Both the position numbers and the translations under genes were made by a program. The notes under the pieces are model-generated. The model ran no database searches. It worked only from the letters and a program-made list of their open reading frames with translations, and was not told where the DNA came from. Positions 13,966 through 27,678 of a stretch of DNA of 64,000 nucleotides are shown here, piece by piece. Within the stretch, counting starts at the first letter, position 1; each line of letters opens with the position of its first letter. Source of the stretch: Takakia lepidozioides (taxonomy: Eukaryota > Plantae > Bryophyta); assembly GCA_030704615.1 (NCBI GenBank), contig CM060733.1, positions 15,624,001 through 15,688,000 on the forward strand, read 5' to 3'.

Positions 13966-14471
13966 CGTTGGAAAAGGCACAGACACTGTTGGGGACGCCT
14001 TGGCCCGCCCTGTCCTTTAGTATAACTATATTTTGAAACATGCTTGGACAAATGTTAGATTTATAGACTGTGCATTGTAGTGGAGTCATATGAGAGAATG
14101 CTCAATTGCTGTTATACCTTGCTGTTATACCTTACACCCACATTCAATTCTTTGTGAACGGATGCTTGTACAACAATTTTCCATGTCTCCATATCTCGGT
14201 GAAAGCCATTGAGCTTCACCATCTGGACTCTCTTTTGTTCATTGGGAGCACAGGCGGTTGTCATCTCTGCCAAGCAGGCAACAGGTCAGGGGACGCTCAG
14301 GCTACACCAATTTGGAGGTACTGATCATATTTCACCGACTGAATCAGTTAGCAATCCTTCTGAGGTACTCTATTTCAGAAATTACTACTGACTCGCAGTG
14401 GTTTCGCGAACCCATCAAGTCAAACCTATTATGGGTTTGGGCAGTGTCCTTTGAGCCTTGTAGAGAGGGTA

Positions 14472-15880
14472 TTTTTTTTTTGTTTTTTGGAGAACAGCCC
14501 TGTAAAACTTTATTAGGAGTAAGGAAAAAATAACCTTACAAGGCCATGAAGGCTTAATAACGAGGTTCCACTCAGGGCCAGAGAACTAACTAGGAGACAG
14601 AGAAGGGAACTAGATCAGGAACGTGCCCAAGCTGAAAGCAGCAGCAGGGACGATAAAGAACTAAAACCAGGGAACCGAGAAGAAATTCGAACAGCCTGCA
14701 GTAGCCAGAAGGAGAACAAAGTAGATGACAGAGAAGAGAACAAGAACAAGAGCCTGTTCTAGACGAGTGCTGCAGCAGGGACCGCAAGAGCTAAAGCCAG
14801 TGAGCCAAAAAAGAATTGAACAGCTCTACAGCAGCCAGAAGGAAGGCAGGGCGGGAGCTGATAGATGATCAGAGAAAGCTCTCAGCCAGAGCAGCAGGCA
14901 AGGCAACCAGGCTAAGCTTCAGAACCGCTCAAAAAAGACTAAGCAGCAAGCTACATGCTACCACGCTTGCGCTTAGGCACACTAAAAGACAGCTGTGTTT
15001 TAGACCTGCCCTTCCTATAAGAAGGTTTATGCCTCCAGTTCACCTCCCCTTCCTCCGTATTTAAAGGTGACTGCTTCGCGCTAACATCACTGCTCCAAAC
15101 GATGGGCGAGTCCGAAATTCTTCGGCCGAAGATATTGTCTTTCCCCCACGAGTTGTCAAAGTTTGAAAGCAACTGGTTGCTACACCTGGGAAGAGCTGCC
15201 ACAACGACAAGCCACAACTTGCGAGCCTCAGACACAAGGTCTGAGTGAGCACAGTAAAGCACCTTCTGCACACTTGGCCTTACTTTTTGATAAAGAACTG
15301 CACATCTCATTTTCCAAATATTCCAAAGGATGGCCCCTCTCAAAGACTCCCAGACCGGGCAAGAACAAAACACAACTCTGTTATCTACATTCAGCAGTAG
15401 AGCAGTGGTAGAATACGCCAGGTTGGGGTTCCACAATGCATTGAGAGCAATGGCCTTAACCCACACGGCCTGCGCAAAAGGGCAAGAGACCAAGCAATGT
15501 TCTAAGTCCTCCGGAATTTGACGATTGCAGGTTGCGCAAGAGCCAGGTGGATCAGAGAACATAGCTGCAACGGGAACAATTTTGTTGTCAATCTTCCATA
15601 AAAAGGCTGCCACCTTGGCAGGTCTATGTTTTTTCCATATGTCCGCCCAAACAGATTTCCAGGGTACAGGATGGATGGCAGTATTTGCCCATTTGTTTCC
15701 CCACTTTTGATCAAAGTTCCTCTTTGGAAGGAGCAACGAATAGCCCATCTTTACCGAGTACTTGAAGAATTGATCGTGCCCTTTGTTCTTCCAGGACCAC
15801 TCCCCTGGATCGAACTGTAATAGCTTCAGGGGTGCTGAGATCTGAGCCTTATTAGGAGGCAGCCTTGTCATGCACAAGCT
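14472..15880 (-). mobile_element. L1-type LINE, 5'-truncated (zf-RVT region, 3' UTR, poly(A))
   Basis: ORF 14951-15877 has PAKVAAFLWK...CATC...EDLEHCLVSCPFAQAVW and LWNIWKMRC; AATAAA near 14510 and T-tract 14472-14488 read as a poly(A) tail on the minus strand. Confidence 0.88.
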
Positions 15881-15965
15881 TGTTTAGCATCTTTAGGTCT
15901 GGACATTGTTTGATGTTCCTCATTGTGTTACCTAAACACACTTTCTTTCATGCATGTCGCTTGTT

Positions 15966-18050
15966 TCACCAGAGATTCCCACAAGACCGAATCCCGTTTT
16001 GGCAGTGGTAAAAGGGGTTGTGATCGCCACATCTGAGCGTCCAGCAACCTTTGAGATGAACTTTGTGGCCCTGAATAGGTATCTTGAGGGCATGCTGATG
16101 AGCCTAAAGCAATGGCCTGTCTCTCACTGTGGTGACTGGACACACAAAACTGCTTTTCATCCTTCATATCATGCAATAGAAAGTGCATGTCTGGAATGTA
16201 CCTGACCTCCTTCATCTGCCAACACATCACTTCAGCTCAGCATAGATTTCTCTAAACTGGGATGCAATTCATCTTCTATGATGAATGTATGCACCCTCTG
16301 CCCACCATCACTTTTCTCACCTTTCCTTGATCGTCCCACCTGCCTGCTGCAGCATAAATGTTGGATAGAAGCACATAAGTTCCAATGTCCTCTGGATCCA
16401 ACTTGAGAACACATTCTGCTGCACGTTCTGCTAGCTCCACATTGCCATGAATTCTGCAGGCACCAAGCAAGGCCCCCACACCTCCACACCTGGTTGGGTT
16501 GGCATTTTGTTGATGACTCCTCTGCCTCATTAAAATGCCCTACACGCCCAAGAAGGTCCACCATGCAGCTACAATGCTCCACTGTAGGGGTGAGGCCATG
16601 ATCCCGACTCATGGAATTGAAGTAGTGACGGCCTTCATCCACTAGGCCGGCACGAGTGCATATATATGTGATACTGTCTGGCTTCAAGCCTTCCTGTTGC
16701 ATTTGCTCAAATAGTTCAACAGCCTCCCTACCAAACCCATGTTGAGCATAACCTGCAATCATTGCATTCCATGAGACCACACTTCGTTGAGGCATACTGT
16801 TAAACACTTGACGTGCATCTTTTACACACCCACATTTGGCATACATGTTAGTAAGTGCAGTCTCAAGAATGATATCTGGCGCAATGCCAGCCTTGGTAAT
16901 CAGTATGAACCTCTTTTTTCAAGGGCTGCCAGGCTGGCACATGCATTGAGAACACAAATGAATGTGATCCTATCAGGTGTCACCTCTTCCTGTTGCATTT
17001 GCTCATACACCTCCAAAGCCTCCCTACCACATCCATGCTGAGCATATCCTGCTATCATTGCACTCCATGAGACCACATCTTGCCGAGTCATCTTTTCAAA
17101 CACTTGATGTGCATCCTTCATACTTCGGCATTTGGCATACATTTCAATAAGTGCAGTCTCCAGGATAATATCTGGTTCAGTTCCAGATTTGATGATGTCA
17201 GCATGAACCTCTTTGCCCTTTTCCAGGGCTGATAGGCTGCCACATGCATCCAGGATGCAAATGAATGTCACCTTGTTGGGAGTGACCCCTTCAACTATCA
17301 TTTGCTCGTAGATCTCGAAAGCCCCCTTTCCACATCCATGGCATTCCAGGAGACCAAATCACGTTTAGCCATTTTGTCGAACACCTGACGTGCATCCTTT
17401 ACGCTCCCACATTTGGCATACACTTCGCCAAGGGCAGTCCCCAGAATGATATCTGGTGCAATTCCGGCTTTAATAATGTTAGCATGGACCTCTTTGCCTT
17501 TTTCCAGGGCTCCTAGGCTTGCACATGCATTGAGAACACTTGTGAACGTTACCCCGTTTGGCATCTGCCCTTCATGTATCATCTGCTCATAGATCTCAAA
17601 AGCCTCCCTACCACACCCATGCTTGGCATGTGCTGCTATCATTATATTCCATGTGAACAAATCTTGTTCAGGCATTTTGTCAAACACTTGGCGGGCCTCT
17701 ACCACTCTCCCACCCTTGCTATACATGTTAAGAAGGATATTGAATAAAAATATGTTTGGCTTGAATCCACTTTGGATAATATGGGAGTGCACCTGCTTTC
17801 CCATTTCCAGGTCTTTAGTTTTGATGCACTCCTGCAAGAGGAAGACCTAAGTATTGGAGTCCAATGAAATGCCTCGTTGGTCCAAAATGTGTAGTGCCTC
17901 TTTGAGTTGTCCTTGCTTACATAGTGTCTTCACGTCCCCAAGAGTTCCAGACAAGTACTTGCTGACCTCACTTGCTCCTCTTTCAGCATCAATAGTCATC
18001 GTGAAGGAGCTTGACTCAAATGATGGAGCCAGATTCAACCCTGCAATCCT
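15966..18050 (-). pseudogene. PLS-E-DYW PPR pseudogene
   Basis: P/L/S repeats split over several frames (17837-17298, 17301-16900, 16846-16232); E domain ALLGACRIHGNVELAERAA; decayed DYW domain (HHSER...; ...NGIRSCGNLW*); multiple frameshifts and stops. Confidence 0.92.
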
Positions 18051-20591
18051 GAATAACTAAAAACTCTTAGTTACAAGACTACTAAACTCACGTACAATGA
18101 CACAAAAATCTGTACTGATTGTATGTGTTTGAGTTGAAACCCCAAACTCACTATCAAACAATACCTGTCTCCGACTGGAGCTCCATGTTGTTCACTGGCA
18201 TCAGATTGTGCTGGACCTTGTATTATGGCAGATAGCTTTGTTTTAACCCAATGTGGGTTTGACCAGCCCTCAATCCAAAGGACTTTGTTTGTGCGCTTAT
18301 ATCTGAAGTCTGGAGATCTTTGACTTTTCTGTGAAAACCACCAGTGAGCAGCCAAACCTTTAACTGCGGCCTTGCACAGACCACGCTGGAACCCTCAAAG
18401 CTCCAAGCATTTTTCAATTTACAGGGAATGACCTTCATACATCCCAATTCCAGCTTCAGTAACAAACCCTCCTTGACTTCACATCATGAGTGAAAATAAC
18501 CTCACCTTATCAAACCGGTTGTCCCACCACTGTGAAGGATCTGAGAAGAACTCCTGCCACAGCAGTTTTTTGCTCATTGCTTGACCTGAGAGCAAGAACT
18601 GCAAAAATTATGTATACTTAACCACCTTCTGACTGCCCCAATTCCAATGTCAAACTCGACTCTGAAACTCAACTCCAGACTAGCAGTATCAGAGCCCAAT
18701 TATGTGCCAGATTTGGGGCTAAAGTCGCAGTGTCAGAATCAACACTGAGTTCTCGGGTACAAACTCTGGCTCTGGGACCCTTTCCAGCCACTGTCGCATT
18801 TACAGGGAACGGTCAACCACTACATCTATCTCCCCTTACCATCCTTCAATGTGTCTAACAATTGAAGCTCTGCACTGCTTCAGAGGGACTACCACATGTG
18901 CCTCTGGTAACTATACATGTCAATTTCTCTCTCTCTTCCTCTCATGCGATAACTGTCGAGAGAAGAAATACAAGATTCGATGTATACTATAGGACCTCAT
19001 CCGAGGCGAGCAAGGGTGTCGATTCCACCCACGTTCCTCAACGTCATTGTATATATAAAGTCAACTTCTTCGACCAACTTGGTAGTAGTTTTGGCTGTAA
19101 TGGACAAACGACAAGAATGGATCGTTCCGACGCACACACTTGAAAGAGTCACAGGTTTATAGTTTATACCTTTCTTCGGTTGCCCTGGAGAGGCTGCAGC
19201 GGAGTCATCTCCATCACTTGTAAGGGTGTCGCCAATGCAATCGCCCAGGTGGATGCCCATTCCTGCTCCACAGACCTCTCCGTCAATCTGCTGGACGACG
19301 TGAGCCGCCCGCTCACAGCAAAGCAAAAACACGTCCTTGGGTATGGCCTCTCTCTGCGACCGCAAGAGAGCGCCGGAGCACGCTCCCACCACCCCATTGC
19401 CTAAGCTCACACAACCCATTATTCTGGTAGTCATCTTTAGCAGCCTCTCACGTCCCCCCTTCAGAAGTTCGAAATGGCCATTATAATTGAAGCTTCTGCT
19501 TGTGTGATTTTTCGGCAAGGACTACTACTGTCTGCATCTCTCTCTCTCTCTCTCGCCCGCTACATTATATCTCGGCAGCAAACCCACCTGTATCTTCCGC
19601 CCTCCCCAGTCATCCAAGCTTCAACATGACAATTGTTCTCCTGCTTTGAGACAATGACTCGAGAGTCTCAAGTGTAAACAGGAACATATATGTCGGCACT
19701 TTGCTTTTCTGGGGAGAAGAAGGAAGGTGCAGAAAGAGGCCAAGCAAGCAAGCAGGATTTGAACCCCAGAGCATCTGATCATCCAAGCATAAATATTCAT
19801 GTAGAGATGGGCTGTGCAAAGGGAAGACACAAGACACCCACAGAAGGAAAGTAGAGAATCCATTGTAGTCTCACGCTTCCCTGCAATCTCGGGCAACTGC
19901 TGTTTGCAGTAGAGAAAGGAAGTGAGAATCAAATGACCAAGGAGGTAGCTCACTTCACACCCCGCACCTGCACACACTAACCGGTCGAACCCTTGCACCA
20001 GCCGAGTCCAAATTCAAACTCGAAAAACCTACAGCAGGGGACCCACCATGCTGTCTCGGAAGGCGCTCGTCCAAGTCCGACAGATGGCAGGCATAAAGCA
20101 AATTTAGTTGCGGATGTGTCAAGCGTTGTCTTGCTGCGATAAGGACCACCAGGGGCGATGTGGGTCAACGGGAATGCAAGTACCCTGTTCACTACCCTGG
20201 TCACTGCCACTCCGTTTCGACGGTCAGAAGCTGTAGTCATACAATGCAATGGGACACCGCCGGTATGTCTCCATTCTTCTTTCTCGGCCGGTTTCTCCAC
20301 GAGAGGAGCAGCTGCATGGTTACAAAATTCAGTTGCTAGGGGTGATTGAGTCCCACCCCTTCACCTTGCAGAAGCCCTCTTTTTTAAACATGAGCAGGCT
20401 TCCCTAAATGAACTGTACGTCCCACTGTCTGAAGCTGGAATAGAGATGGAGACCATAAATGCAGAGAAAAAACAAGGGAAGGCCATCACTTACAGATCAT
20501 AAAGAAGAATAAATTATGATCCTGGGAAGTAGTTCTTAACGTCCAATAAATAGGTAAAAGCCTTTTTGGCGTCCTCAGGATTTCTGGCCAG

Positions 20592-23500
20592 ACTTGCCAA
20601 TTCCACGATTCCAGCAATGGACAGGAGCACGGCTCTTCAGCACAAGCATGGACATGCAGGTTGAGGCTGCCCAGCCCATAGTCAGGCGAATTCCAGTCAC
20701 GGTTGGAGCTCTCTTGAAGGTATCCTCCAGTATTGAGAACAAATTCAACTACCTTGAATTCTTTCTTTATAGAATAGATATGCATAATTGATAGAGTGGT
20801 CACGCCAAGCCAGAAGTCGCCCTGAGATCTGCCAGGATCTACTCCAGAGACTGAAATTTCTATGTCTGGACAGAGAGCATTCTGCAATGAAACCCATTTG
20901 GTCCTCACCCTCAGATGTATGTACTCAGCTTTGCAAGAATGGGAATCTCAATCATTTCAGTCTGTGATATGGAATTATCGAGCGCATGGTGATTACTGTT
21001 GCCTACAGGAATTCTGTGCTCAACCATTCAGTTCTGGTACATTATACACACATTGACTACAAAACTCTTCAGTGTTGATCCCATATAAGTCATGGAAGGT
21101 GCACACTTTCATAGGATTGTTTGCCAAGACTAATGGCTAACAGTTTTCCATCCTATGTACGGTGCTTGAAGCTAAGTAGTCTGCTGAAACATGGTACAGA
21201 TAGATGTGTTTGGAACAGATGTCAGTGTGGATGTAAGCGTAGGGGACAGCCTGGAAGAAATTGTTCTTGAGGTATGAAGCCCACCTCCTTCTTTTACATT
21301 AATGACTTTGGTGGTATAACACCTATATAGCATTGGGTTCAAAGTTCTTACTTCAAAACAATATCATTTAAGAGTTCCGTGCTTGTACAAAGATTTGCAG
21401 TCTAGAAACGTAGGTCTTCAACAACTTGCTGGAAGATTTGTGAATGGCTTGCAAGCAGGGGGAGCATCTTGCATGGATGCCGGCCTAGCAAACATTTATA
21501 ACTATTTCATGGTGACTGGACTTTCCTGAATATTTCTACCGCGCAAAATATTGTCTGTGAGTTTCTTCTTAAAGTCTGATAAGATTCCACTAGTTTGGGA
21601 AGTTTATTGCAAAGCATGTTAATACTGATCACCCAGAGCTGTCATGGACCACCCACAGCCCAAGTACATGCCACAACATAGTATGTAGTATCTGCTTTTC
21701 TTGTGCTGTAACAGCAAATAATTGGAGAGATTGGACCTGCCTAATGCAAAATTAATGACCCTTAGCTCTTGAGTCTTACAGTTATAACTACCCTGCAGAG
21801 GCAAGGTTGGCAAGTGGTTATCAATCAAGCTTTCCTTAGATAAGAAAAACAATGTGCTGGGGCAGGGGTAAGGAAGCTTGCAGCGAGCACAGAAGGCCTG
21901 ATTGCAGTGAGGGCAGTTATACCTGCACGGTGGTGCAGCCTAGCTGTGGAGGCTGGGCATTGCCCTGTTCAAATCCAGAGCCTGGTTCGTTTCACTCTCA
22001 GCTTCTTTCTCTCAATTCTGCAGAGTAATGAGCAGTAGAATATCTTCTGGATGATCCATACATTAAACATACATGATTCACTGCAATTAGTCCGTACTCA
22101 ATGCGCCAATGCAAGGTAGACCATTGCAAAGTTAGGTTGACGCATAAACGGAAAGAGGACCAATATGAGTCAGAAAGAGTCATTTCAGAAACAAGTTTTA
22201 GAACTCTGGTGAGGTGTCGAATGTGGTGTAGTAAGTCAGTAGAGTAAGTAATTGAATGCACTGTTGTAAATTATACTTCTTCTCAAGGGTGGGAGTGTGC
22301 TATCTCAGTTATGGTTAGAAAAGATTGGCATCTTGTTCTTTTGCACGGAGATCGTGCTGTCCTTACAGGTCTTTTCGTCTGTAAGAGAGGTCAGCTGACT
22401 AATTCTGGCTTAGTTGCACGGTTGTTGAAGGCCTTGTTTATTATTTATGATGCAACGGGAAGGAAGTCTGAGTGTGAAAACTCTGGGGGGAGACATTACA
22501 CTCGGTAAGCCTTTTGGTGTATTGAGCACATGTGAGTAAAGGCTCTGAGGTTAGCCAAATCCTAAGACATGAAATGTTTTACATCACATTTGTGAAGTTT
22601 TAGTGAATCATTTGGTAGTGGATGATATGAGCACTCATGTGTGCCAACTCGTTTTTGTCAGGGGAGCTGAAGGGAAGCACGGCATGCATTGATTCCAATG
22701 GAGGTTCTCAAGCGGTACATTCAGCTTTGCTAGTTCTCAAGCTACCAACTCCCTATCTTTGGATGTCCATTGTGTAGATTGTAGTACCACACCTATTGCA
22801 AAAATAATGGGCCAAGGACATTGATGGGGCTATAACTGAATGCATTTTATGACAGTAACAGGTTATATACCTAGTGGATTTGGCTATTAAGCACATGCTT
22901 TTTTATGCACATGTCTCAATCCCTTTATAGGCAGAACAAAGCCTGCCACCTGTATGGTAGCTGCATTTTCGCTCCATGGGAACATCTGAATGCCTGTAGT
23001 ATTGTGAAAAAACACTTAGGACGGCAACAGTATGCTTTAACAACTGGAAGTGTGTGTTATCACAGGTGTCAGCAGATTCTGTAGTAAGGACAGGTGGAGG
23101 TGATGTGTCAATTGACAAACTGGTGGGCACAAGCATAGACTTGGAAACTGGTGGAGGTGACATCAAGATTGGCTCATTATACAGCAATGGTCAAAACCTA
23201 ACCTCCCCCTTGTCATTTGCAACCTGCTTATGTTCTGCCCTCTACCACGTTTCTTTGTGAATTCTACAAACATGGGGGTGCACTAACGTACAATCTTCTA
23301 TGTACAGATGTACGGTTGGCATCTAGCGGTGGCTCGGTGGGGGCAAAACATATTCAAGCGGAGCATTTGGCTCTTCAAATGGGTGCTCAATTAGTGAGGC
23401 CCCACTTTCCAACTCTCAATGGACCACTGTTCAGTATCTAGGTGGTCTTTTCGTGCCAGCAATCTATTATGCAGAAGATCGAAAACTATAAGGAGCCCCT

Positions 23501-24556
23501 AGGAACCACCCAGTGCAGTGTACACATTTGTTAGTTATGGTCAACCCATCAGATTTATGCACCTGATCGAGAAATTTGCTTTTAGCGGGGAGGAAGAAGT
23601 TCAGGTTGATTTATTAGCTGGTTTAAACAATGTTGATTTCAACATTGCTGCTATAGCCCAGTGAGTATGGCAGTCATATTGAAGGGCCAAATGTCCAAAG
23701 GAAGAAGAGAAGGGGGAGTGTTAACGGTGGGTATGAAGAGAATCCTTGACTTCTTCTGATTTTCCATATCTAGCACAACTATGGTTCTCATAATTCATTT
23801 TGTTTTACAGGTTTCAACAGAAGGTGGAAATGTCAATGTGAGTGGAATTGATGGGTGAGTTCTAGCCCCAAAACAGAATTGAATCTCCTCCAGCTGTGTT
23901 TCGTTCAAAACATGTGTATGCCCTAGATGCACATGTAGATTTTACTGGGCCGCACTTGTTGGGCCTTGATGTAACCACATCTAGTAGGGTTCATTCCCTC
24001 ATGTTTCATTATCAAATATAAAAAGTGATATGTTGTTGTTTGTCATAGTCTGTCTTATTTAATGCAAACTTGGAACTAATTTTGGCCTTCGCTATCTTGT
24101 GCAATATCACATAATCGTCAGTAGTATGGACTCACTAGACAATTCGTATCAAAAACGTTTTTGACATTGGGGTTTACTCCAGGAAGGCAAGATTTTTGAC
24201 GAAGGGAGGCAATGTGGATATACAACTACATGAGCATGCAAGAGAGGTAAGTGGTTCTGTATGGTGTTCTTCCTCGAGTGTTAGTAAAAGCTTTACTATG
24301 ATGGTTTTGTATACTCTTTAAAGAACAGACTACTATTTGTAGCTTTGTAAGATGCAAGTAAAAGTGCTCTTTGGCTGAGTTGATGATGAGAGTCTCTTTG
24401 TTTTTAGGTTGAATTGATTTGGATGAGGGAAATATGACGTTAAATAGAAGTGCTCTTTGGCTAGAGTTGACAATTAGAGTCTCTTCTTTTTAGGTTGAAA
24501 TTGATTCAGGTGAGGGGAATGTGACATTGTACTTCTCCAATCAACTCACTGCAGAG
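20592..24556 (+). CDS. Multi-exon DUF4097/FAM185A-like (adhesin-type beta-repeat) gene; partial model with start and end not fixed
   Basis: Short GT-AG exons carrying the repeated S/T-x-G-G-D/N-V/I motif: LSVKTLGGDITL (~22465-22504), IDSNGG (22662-22713), RTGGGDVSI...ETGGGDIKI (23066-23188), ASSGGSV (from 23308), VSTEGGNVNVSGIDG (23811-23854), TKGGNVDIQL (24183-24246), IDSGEGNVTL (24494-24556). Confidence 0.7.
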
Positions 24557-25919
24557 GTAGGAGCATCCTTTGACGCTCAATGTTTCCGCCTGTTGCATAC
24601 TCTGCTTACTGTTCCAATGCTCAAATCTCTCTCCTTGTCAAACACAAGAAAGGCTTATTTCCTCTTTGGTGTGAACTCGTTCAAAAGTTGATTGTCCTGT
24701 GAGTGGGTGCAATTGGGCTATTTGAGGAGGGAACTAAAATAATCAGGGTGTCTGTTCACATCTCATGTTGTTGGAGAAGTTGATCTTGTTCTATTGGGAG
24801 TGCAAGTGCGATGTTTGAGGTGGGAGATAATCGTGTGGTGGTGGGGATTCTCCGCAAAAACCTGTTCACATGGTTAAGAACAAAATATCTTACTGTGAGG
24901 GGGTTTGGTTTCAATTATTGTAATAACTGCGCTGTGTAGGTACTAAGCGTTGTTGGAATGGGATATGAAGGTGGGTGGGGACAGTTAACATTACGAAACG
25001 GAGCTGGTTAGATGTTGCAACTGGATTTACTGTTCCCACTTTTGAAAAGTAGAAGATGGAAACATGAATTGTTTCGTTCAAACTTTCTTTTCTTAATCTC
25101 GGACAACAATTATTACACATTGTCAAGCTTGGTATCTCTCTCAATTGGGCCCACACGGAAACTAGTCTTTCTGATTCTTGAATAGTAGGGATGTGTGCTG
25201 AATACTCATTGAATGTAGCCGCAAGCTTTAAAACATGTTGGCTAAGGAAACATCAGTCAACTCAAAGTTTGTCTAGGGCTTTCAATAAAGTAAAACTGGA
25301 TTTTCATCCAAAATGACATGAGCACTTTATGATATGGCCTTGTGATTTGAAGAGTTACATGGGCTTGATGTCTAGAGTTCTCAAATCACATAAGTTAGGA
25401 GTGGATTGCATCAAATGCTCTATTCGATCCTAACTATGTAAGTACATGTATGGTCATTTTTAGTGGATGAATGTTGGTGGGTGGGTAGCCTTAGGGGTAG
25501 TAGTTTTTAGGAGTAAAGTAAAGTATACTTTGTTTAAGGACTACTGAATTTACAGAGCCTACTGCTCAACACAAGCCCATCGAGGGGCCAATGGACGGTT
25601 GAAGGAGTGAAAAAATGCATCTCGTCGGAAGTTAAAAGGGACGGGAAAAATAATGATTTACCAACTAGACAGATCCAAAAAATTGTGGATTAAATTACAA
25701 AAGATCGATGTTTTCACTGTTGTACCGGGCTGCTCCTCTGCTCCACTTCTCTATAAGTTCCTTGAGGCTCAACAGGTTATTCGACTCTCTTATTATCTCG
25801 AGGATTTAGCATATCCGTCAAACAACCCATGTTTTCTCCAAGCCCCAGTCTCGCGGTCATGAATTGCTTTGGACTATATATATACAGATAGATTTCCATC
25901 TTCAGGCTGCTAGTATCAT

Positions 25920-26880
25920 CCCGGCTCTATATTTCGTAAATGTCGTGCTCTAGTTTCAGGTCATTTCAATGAGACAAAACCTCTCTCAAGAGCAGTGTGT
26001 CCAAGAGGTTGGCTTCAGACCTGAGGGCTATTCAGATCCTCAAGTGAGAATCTCTTCTACTCTCTTCCGCCAAGACTTAGCCCGTCTCACAGGACGATCC
26101 TGCTTCCAAGTACAGAGTCGATTAACTTAGGATATCTAATCATTAATGTTGGGTCACATATGTTGCAGCTAACCCCACCATCTGACCTTGAATTCATCGC
26201 TTAAGGAAGGGATGCGAAACTCACCCCGAACAGCCACATTGGCTATTTTGGAGCATGCTGACATGCACTTGTTAAGCACCCCCACTTGAGTCTTGAATAA
26301 CGCAATGTCCAAAGCATGGTTTTTTGACCTCAGCTGCGGCGGAAATTTTCTTAGTGAGACCATGATGCGCTTTGCACTTGCCAGTTTGAACAACTTTCTG
26401 GAATATGTGCATCCCAATTACAGTTGGAGGAAAACTCAACGTTGACGTATGTGCAGAAAGGCAGGACTGGAATTGCTTGGCTTACCCACTGCCGCTTGAG
26501 ATCATCTCCTCCCTCTCCTCGGTCGTTGAATGCCACCACTGCACACTTACTAACGTTAGCCTCTAGCCCCGAAAGGTCAAAGTATCTCTTCGCGCAATCA
26601 ATCAACTCCTAGAGATTGGAAGGCGTCTCCCCTATGCCTGCGAAGTCAGCCGCAAACATAAGGGATGGTATGGTGGCATCCACCCTTAACCCAAATCCCT
26701 CACTTTCCACATCCTCGAGGAGTTGGTTAACCAAAACATTGAAGAGCAGAGGGGAGAGGGTGCATCCTCCAGCTACACCTTGGTCTATGTCAAAGAAGTT
26801 AGACTTATGTCCATTAACACCAACACAACTGGTGTGAGCATATAAGTTATGGACAACTCTCCACATCTTTCCCTTGATCC
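25920..26880 (-). mobile_element. Degenerate RTE-X-like LINE (family A), RT-containing fragment
   Basis: QGVAGGCTLSPLLFNVLVN, LMFAADF (decayed FADD), ANVSKCAVVAFNDRGEGG; collinear with the 7241-8387 copy. Confidence 0.88.
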
Positions 26881-27238
26881 GAAATGAGCAGAGTCTGAGC
26901 CATAGATCGTCTATATGCTCTCTTTCTCTCGTTCATCGTCGTTCGTATCGTTACGGCGCCAATTTCCGAGCTATGTATGTCAAATCCGCGCACTTGCATC
27001 ATATGCGCGGCAGGTATGTGGAATGGAGGGTTTGGGGATGTGCGAGCAAATGATGCTGAAAGATGTGAAGGCGGACAGGGTGAGAAAGGGGCAAAGAGGT
27101 CCATAGCCTCCACATGTTAGTTTCCCGTCAAATGCGTCAGTAAAGCGTATCCCTTTTGGTCATCCAAAACTCAAGTGTGTTCTCATTGTCGTTTTCCAAA
27201 GAGTGTCACAGTCCTTGTCTGTTACCTAACCTCAACAG

Positions 27239-27678
27239 TTCAAGTTTACTGGACGTTGAGGCAGATGCAGACCTTGCACAGCTTGCCAAGGATACTGCCA
27301 AGCGGAACTCGGACTTCCCAAACGAAAAATCCCTCACGCGAGATAATGCTGTCACTGCTGACTCTTAAGGTCCGCAGTATCCCTGACCCAGTCTTTCACG
27401 AGAGTCTTTGATGAGGAAACCAGTTTAGTTGGGTTGAAAGGTTTTTCTGCTGTCTGGTTCGCCTCAGAAGTCTAAATTGGTCAAGTATTGTGTGTGTGCA
27501 AATGGGTCACGTAGAGCCTTCTATAAGGAGTTTATGAAAGTGGTAGAAACATGCAGCAAATGTGGTTATGCAAGTGTTGGATGCAAAGGACCCCTTAGGT
27601 AGACGTTGTGTGGATGTGGAACACGTGGTGCATAAGGCACGCCCAACCAAGCGGATTATGCTCTCCTCAATAAGAGCG
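27239..27678 (+). pseudogene. Two-exon fragment of a nucleostemin/GNL3-like (NSN1) GTPase gene
   Basis: Exon 27239-27369 with an in-frame TAA, joined in phase 1 to 27502-27678: DGSRRAFYKEFMKVVE / NVVMQVLDAKDPLGRRCVDVEHVV...LNK, matching the AFYKE...DVILEVLDARDPLG motif; acceptor AG mutated to AA; frameshifts. Confidence 0.8.

Noticed and set aside
18684-18696. cagtatcagagcc resembling a tRNA-Met primer-binding site
   Set aside because: Imperfect match, with no adjacent LTR or gag sequence.
18997-19518. 173-aa minus-strand ORF and overlapping ORFs
   Set aside because: No recognisable motif; may be UTR exons of the neighbouring PPR locus or chance ORFs.
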